A stretch of DNA of 36,670 bases from a virus (Duplodnaviria; Caudoviricetes), in IMG/VR virus record IMGVR_UViG_3300035018_000010, positions 1-36,670 of that record; one strand, 5' to 3'. The stretch's first letter is position 1. Each line of letters opens with the position of its first letter. The notes under the pieces are model-generated. The model was not told where the DNA came from. It worked only from the letters and a program-made list of their open reading frames with translations, and made no database searches. Shown here piece after piece: positions 34,970 through 36,670 of the stretch. The position numbers and the translations under genes were made by a program.

Positions 34970-35723
34970 CCGGGCGGCGTTCGAGGCGTTCGCCCAGGAC
35001 TATCTGGTCTTTGGCTATGGCTATCTGGAGGAGCGGCGCAACGTGCTGGGCGGGGTGCTGCGCTATGAGCACGCGCTCGCCAAGTTTACCCGACGCGGGG
35101 TCGAGGCCGGACGCTTCTTTTTCGTGCCGGGGCATCAGCAGGAGACCGAGTTCCGACCGGGCAGCGTCGTCATGCTGCGCCAGCCCGACGTGAACCAGGA
35201 GATCTATGGCGTGCCCGAATATCTGAGCGCGCTGCAGTCGGCGTTGCTCAACGAGGCGGCGACGCTGTTCCGCCGCCGCTACTACCTCAATGGCAGCCAC
35301 GCCGGGTATATCCTCTATGCCACGGGCGACATCGATGCCGACGACACCGACAAGCTGCGCGAGGCACTGCGCAAGTCGAAGGGGCCGGGCAATTTCAAGA
35401 ACCTGTTCGTCCATGCGCCGAACGGCAAGGAAGGGAGCCTGAAGATCCTCCCGATCGCCGAGGTGGCGGCGAAGGACGAGTTTCTGGGCATCAAGACCGC
35501 GACGCGCGACGACGTGCTTGCGGCGCACCGGGTGCCGCCGGCGCTGCTCGGCATTGTGCCTGCACAGGGCACGACGCCGGGCAACCCGCTGCAGTCGATG
35601 ATGATGTTCGTGGTGCTGGAAATTCAGGCGCTGCAGGCGCGGTTCCTGCAGGTCAACGAGGATCTGGGACGCGAGGTGATCGCGTTCGACAATCAGAAGA
35701 TCACGGTCGCGGAAGCGGCCTGA
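34662..35723 (+). CDS. Q: Portal protein Q (PBSX/P2 family)
   Basis: AFSFGDPEPV, HHSSAIYLKRN, QEIYGVPEY, LNEAATLFRRRYYLNGSHAG, GPGNFKNLF, HRVPP; GGAG RBS before ATG 34662. Confidence 0.95.
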   Translation: MAKRDRARRMSTKESAAASRGAIVGTSNAGEMTAFSFGDPEPVLNRRELIDMLECPHNNRWFEPPIPVDGLARAFRVSPHHSSAIYLKRNLLAASFVPSPQLSRAAFEAFAQDYLVFGYGYLEERRNVLGGVLRYEHALAKFTRRGVEAGRFFFVPGHQQETEFRPGSVVMLRQPDVNQEIYGVPEYLSALQSALLNEAATLFRRRYYLNGSHAGYILYATGDIDADDTDKLREALRKSKGPGNFKNLFVHAPNGKEGSLKILPIAEVAAKDEFLGIKTATRDDVLAAHRVPPALLGIVPAQGTTPGNPLQSMMMFVVLEIQALQARFLQVNEDLGREVIAFDNQKITVAEAA

Positions 35724-35727
35724 TATT

Positions 35728-35850
35728 GCCCCCGCTTGGCGTCGGCCAGGCGGGGGCGAGCCGGGTGGCGGCCCGGTTCACCGACGAGGTTACGCTCGCC
35801 ACGATCGATTGGCCAGTCGGCCGTCCCGCACCCGGCGATGCCGGGCGGGA
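35728..35850 (+). other. Multi-hairpin structured intergenic leader of dam
   Basis: Consecutive stems 35728-35757 (13 bp), 35758-35779 (9 bp), 35785-35798, 35806-35819, 35824-35850. Confidence 0.45.
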
Positions 35851-35875
35851 ATCCTAAGAGAGCGAGATTTCCAAC

Positions 35876-36670
35876 ATGTCCAGTACCAGCGTTCAGCCCG
35901 TGGCACCCGCTGCGGGCTATATCGGCGGCAAGCGCAACCTGTCGGCCCGCATTGTGCGGATCATCGACGCGATCGACCATGACGCCTATGCCGAGCCGTT
36001 CGTCGGCATGGGCGGCATTTTCCTGCGCCGGCGGCGGCGCGCGCGGGCCGAGATCATCAACGATGTCTCCGGCGACGTCGCGACGTTCTTTCGCGTGCTG
36101 CAGGAGCATTTCCCCTATTTCATCGACATGCTGCGGTTTCGCGTGGCGAGCCGGGCCGAGTTCGAGCGGCTGCGCGCGTTGCCGGGTGAGCGGTTGACCG
36201 ACCTTCAGCGGGCGGCGCGGTTCCTTTATCTTCAGCGGCTCGCCTTTGGCGGGCGGGTGAGCGGGCGGACGTTCGGGGTCGATGTCACCCAGGGCGCGCG
36301 GTTCAACATCGCCAAGCTGGAGCCGATGCTCGCGGATATCCACGAGCGGCTAGCGGGCGTGGTGATTGAGCAGCTGGCGTTCGGGGAGTTCATCCGCCGC
36401 TACGATCGCGCGGGGACGCTGTTCTATCTCGATCCGCCCTATTGGGGGTGCGAAGGCGACTATGGCCCCGACGTGTTTGCGCGCGCCGACTTTGAGGCGC
36501 TGGCGGCACAGCTCGCGGGGATCCGGGGGCGGTTCCTGATGTCGCTCAACGACACGCCGGGGGTTCGCGAGGTGTTCGGCGCGTTCAAGATGGATGAGGT
36601 CGAGACGAGCTACAGCGTCGGTGGCCGCGCGGCGACGAAGGCTGCGGAGCTGCTGATCAGCAACTTCTGA
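35876..36670 (+). CDS. dam: Orphan DNA adenine methyltransferase (Dam/D12 class)
   Basis: YIGGKRNL, YAEPFVGMGGIF, EIINDV, LFYLDPPYW, ELLISNF. Confidence 0.93.
   Translation: MSSTSVQPVAPAAGYIGGKRNLSARIVRIIDAIDHDAYAEPFVGMGGIFLRRRRRARAEIINDVSGDVATFFRVLQEHFPYFIDMLRFRVASRAEFERLRALPGERLTDLQRAARFLYLQRLAFGGRVSGRTFGVDVTQGARFNIAKLEPMLADIHERLAGVVIEQLAFGEFIRRYDRAGTLFYLDPPYWGCEGDYGPDVFARADFEALAAQLAGIRGRFLMSLNDTPGVREVFGAFKMDEVETSYSVGGRAATKAAELLISNF

Larger units (their letters stand above)
1..36670. mobile_element. P2-like temperate phage / prophage (contractile tail), probably alphaproteobacterial host
   Basis: Integrase, repressor/cro, ogr, and a full P2-type head (Q,P,O,N,M,L), tail (X,R,S,V,W,J,I,H,FI,FII,E,T,U,D) and lysis gene set in operon order; ends not visible. 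Confidence 0.97.

Noticed and set aside
35744-35762. GGCCAGGCGGGG resembles the start of the P2 cos sequence
   Set aside because: Wrong orientation relative to Q, only the first 12 nt are similar, and it is one arm of a hairpin; cos probably lies beyond the window
35781-35850. CCGACGAG resembles a hammerhead ribozyme core
   Set aside because: Not CUGANGA and no downstream GAAA
1-36670. CRISPR array, tRNA/rRNA, IS element, invertase, reverse transcriptase/DGR, att core repeats
   Set aside because: None seen; the window ends exactly at CDS boundaries, so att sites would lie outside it

Overview
The whole window is a nearly complete, GC-rich P2-like (Peduoviridae-type) temperate myophage or prophage, running from the integrase stop codon to the stop codon of a Dam-like methylase; att and cos sites are not visible. 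The host is probably an alphaproteobacterium, possibly Sphingomonadales (inferred from a GapR/DUF2312 gene and a GTTC-N7-GTTC SOS box). Left arm, minus strand: a long, mostly translationally coupled early operon (cro, cII-like, ogr, Zn-finger/TOPRIM/ATPase primase-helicase, GapR homolog, Myb-like proteins, J-domain protein, DNA methylase, xis-like ORF, integrase). Next come a divergent repressor with 434-type operators, a SOS-box-preceded ORF antisense to the repressor, and a membrane-protein moron. The rest is the P2 structural set (D,U,T,E/E',FII,FI,W,V; tailspike, Tfa-like, H,I,J; S,R; spanins, amidase, holin; X,L,M,N,O; divergent P,Q) plus dam. Most notable: (1) a CarF/TMEM189/FAD4-family lipid desaturase in a 3-gene cassette coupled between baseplate genes V and W; (2) a candidate induction switch made of a repressor with no peptidase domain and a LexA-box-preceded Cys-rich gene encoded antisense over the repressor 3' half; (3) three near-identical 23-bp late-promoter dyads, two at identical spacing from apparently leaderless genes, with a rearranged J-I-H / V-W order; (4) an SGNH tailspike with deviant catalytic motifs. 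All protein calls rest on motif recognition and synteny by eye; no database searches were run.
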